A DNA stretch of 61,395 nt, counting the filler, from Dimargaris cristalligena (lineage: Eukaryota): NCBI GenBank assembly GCA_003614675.1. It is 4 parts of 4 records of this genome, joined end to end, with 100 filler letters (N's around TTAATTAATTAA, not from the genome) between each part and the next. Parts side by side here need not be neighbours in the genome. Positions count along the whole stretch, not along the records: positions 46,132 to 61,395 come from ML002901.1; 3 more parts are not named here. One strand, written 5' to 3'. Position 1 is the stretch's first letter. Every line of letters begins with the position of its first letter. Under the pieces are notes generated by a model, which did not search any database, was not told the origin of the DNA, and saw only the letters and a list, made by a program, of their open reading frames with translations. The translations under genes and the position numbers were made by a program. Shown here piece by piece: positions 59,185 through 61,395 of this stretch.

Positions 59185-60462
59185 ATGGCCAGTCTCCGTC
59201 GCCTTCCCGGGCTGGGCCGCCAGGTAAGAAAAGAACCCGTCCGTCTTTTGAGTTAATTTCGAAACTGCCCCACGGGCGTTGCATTGGATCGTTCCCGATC
59301 CCTCCTAATCACCCATGTCTCCCCTACCTAACCCCACCCGTCTCCTCTTCTATCACTTGTTACGCAACTGTCCAAACCGAAGCTGTCGTCCGTGGTTCGC
59401 TTGCCCGCCCGAGTGTCCTCACCCCTTCTCCAGTCAACGAGCACTACTACCGCCCGCCTGGCGCGGGTATCCTTTGCCCATAGCCCGGTCCTCGGCGCCT
59501 CCTGGACCCGCCCCGCTCCCCGCATGTTCTCTACCACCCGGTTAGCCCGCGATGCCGCCTCCTCTACCACTGCTACCTCTGCTGCTGTGGAAGCCCTGTC
59601 CACCCCAGCACTGGATCCCCAGGCCGTGGTGGAGGCGGCCATTCCCACCACGCTCAAGTTCGGTGAACTGAGCAGTATGGGTTTCTGCCATTTTACCCCA
59701 CCAGGCTTCTTCGAGGCCCTGATGGAGGCCATCAGTGCCACCTCGGGTATGCCCATGTGGGGGGTGATCATGACCTGTACCTTGTTGACCCGGTTGGTTC
59801 TCTTCCCGTTCACTGCCCGTTCCCAGCGGGTGAGCACCACCCTGCAGAACCTAAAACCCGAAACCGAAGCCATGATGGCCCGCCTGAAGGAAGCTTCGTC
59901 CATGGGTCTGCGTAACGAGCAGCAAATGATCGCTTTCGAACTTAGCAACTTATACACCAAGAATAACTGCAACCCCACTCAAATGATTGGACTGATGGCC
60001 ATCCAACTCCCCGTTTTCATCGGGTTCTTCCTGGCCCTGCGTAGCATGGCCGAACTCCCCGTGCCCCAACTCCTCAACGGCGGCTTTTCCTGGATTACCG
60101 ATTTGACCGTAGCTGACCCTTACTATATCCTACCCGTTATCTCGGCCGTATCCACCCTGACTGTCCTGGAAATTTCGTCCCAGGCCACCGGTGGCGCCAT
60201 GACCTCCCCCAAGGTTAAGTGGTTTATGCGGAGTATGACCGTTGGCTTTGTCTATTTCACCAGCCATTTCCCCGCCGCTGTACTGCTCTATTGGAGCACC
60301 ACCAATTTCCTGAGTATTATTCAGACTTTGGCTCTGCGCTCGGCTTTCTTCCGTAAGTTCTTCAAGATCCCTAAACTGATCGAGCATAAGATGGTCAAGT
60401 CTCGTCCCAGTGCTCTGCAACAAATGACTGAGGCCTACCGCAAGGCCAAGAAGGGTCAGTGA
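59185..60462 (+). CDS. OXA1: Mitochondrial inner-membrane insertase Oxa1 (YidC family); exons 59185-59223, 59383-60462
   Basis: Presequence MASLRRLPGLGRQ-LSSVVR, GMPMWGVI, QLPVFIGFFLALRSMAELPVP, GGFSWITDLTVADPYYILP, FPAAVLLYWSTTN; GTAAGA..AAG intron. Confidence 0.94.
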
Positions 60463-61395
60463 TTGGTCTACCTATGTTATTTAGACGGTTAATTAGAAAG
60501 CATTGCAAAGGGTCGGAGGAATCCGCCTATGCGTATAGTTTTATAAATTGTCTGTAACAGCATATTTAGGAATAAAAATTAACTATTTTGATGAAGTGAT
60601 ATTTAAAGGTCAGTCTAATGGGCACCCGTCATTGTACATGCAGTATCCTATCCATGCTAGCCCATGACTAGAGGCTGATTGGGATTATCTGATGTTAATG
60701 AAATTCATGCGTGGGCTTGCTTACTGATAACTAACCCTCACCAGAGGGTTCGGGTCACTCACAATGAAAATTGCCGTAGACCCAATTGTATTTGGTTCGA
60801 CAGCCGTATATAAGTAAGTGAACTAGCCTTGCTGTAGTGGAGGTGCTACTAGAAGAGCAAACCAGCTAGCCAGGCTCAGGGTCTACCGGTACACATTTTA
60901 TTTATCCACGGCAACCGAGGGCGAATTAACCTAGCTTTCCAGCGCAATAACTCATATTGTGTCGATTGCAACTGCTGACCAAAGCCAGCTACCGCGAAAC
61001 CGACAAGTCACCTGACCTCCTGGCAGAGCAGGGCCTCGGCAGCGCCCAGCGAGCGATGGCCAGCCCACCAGCCCCACCCATCGAAGCGAAATAACAAACG
61101 GAAATGGCGCACGCTTCACCTCGGGTTCTCTATGTGGCAATAAAATAAGCCTATAATCTAAAACTTTATTACACATTGTGAGTGCTCCGAGTTTCCACTC
61201 GATCGAACTATTCATAGGCGATAATTTAATGCTAGACTGAGGGATATCCGACTTACCTATTGCCTAGTCCCCAAGCCCTTCTCAGCCTCCCCCCCAGCGG
61301 CCTTGGCGAGTCAGGTTCCCCTTTGCTCCGCTTCCCCTCACCTCATCATCCTCAGCCCCTCCAGCCCGCCACCATAGGTCAGCCCCGCCACCCCC

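Overview
Eukaryotic (fungal) genomic scaffold in four contigs joined by artificial 100-nt spacers (44N-TTAATTAATTAA-44N). GC-rich, intron-poor genes, a fungal alpha-aminoadipate lysine-pathway enzyme and a GON4L/DUO3-like Myb protein suggest an early-diverging fungus, probably Zoopagomycota/Kickxellomycotina (inference, not verified). Housekeeping genes: SUA5, ERJ5-like DnaJ, LYS12, eIF3a, two head-to-head ERV14/cornichon paralogs, a HINT3-like HIT protein, a mitochondrial TPR protein, SSF1 (partial), OLA1, OXA1 and tRNA-Gly(TCC). They alternate with gene-poor, TE-littered intervals holding small secreted effector-like genes (ankyrin-like, double-hevein, UBZ-type zinc finger) and pseudogenes. 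Mobile DNA: a decayed LTR retrotransposon, about 9 copies of a ~140-bp MITE (one nested in itself, one split by a 776-bp solo-LTR-like insert) and a two-copy ~300-bp repeat. The most striking unexplained feature is a ~2.3-2.5 kb direct duplication (38.5-41.0 kb and 43.8-46.0 kb). Its conserved core is a TATA-preceded minus-strand array of about 8 consecutive hairpins with a GNRA loop and a compensatory base-pair change between copies, a candidate undescribed structured ncRNA gene family. All alignments and folds were done by eye.
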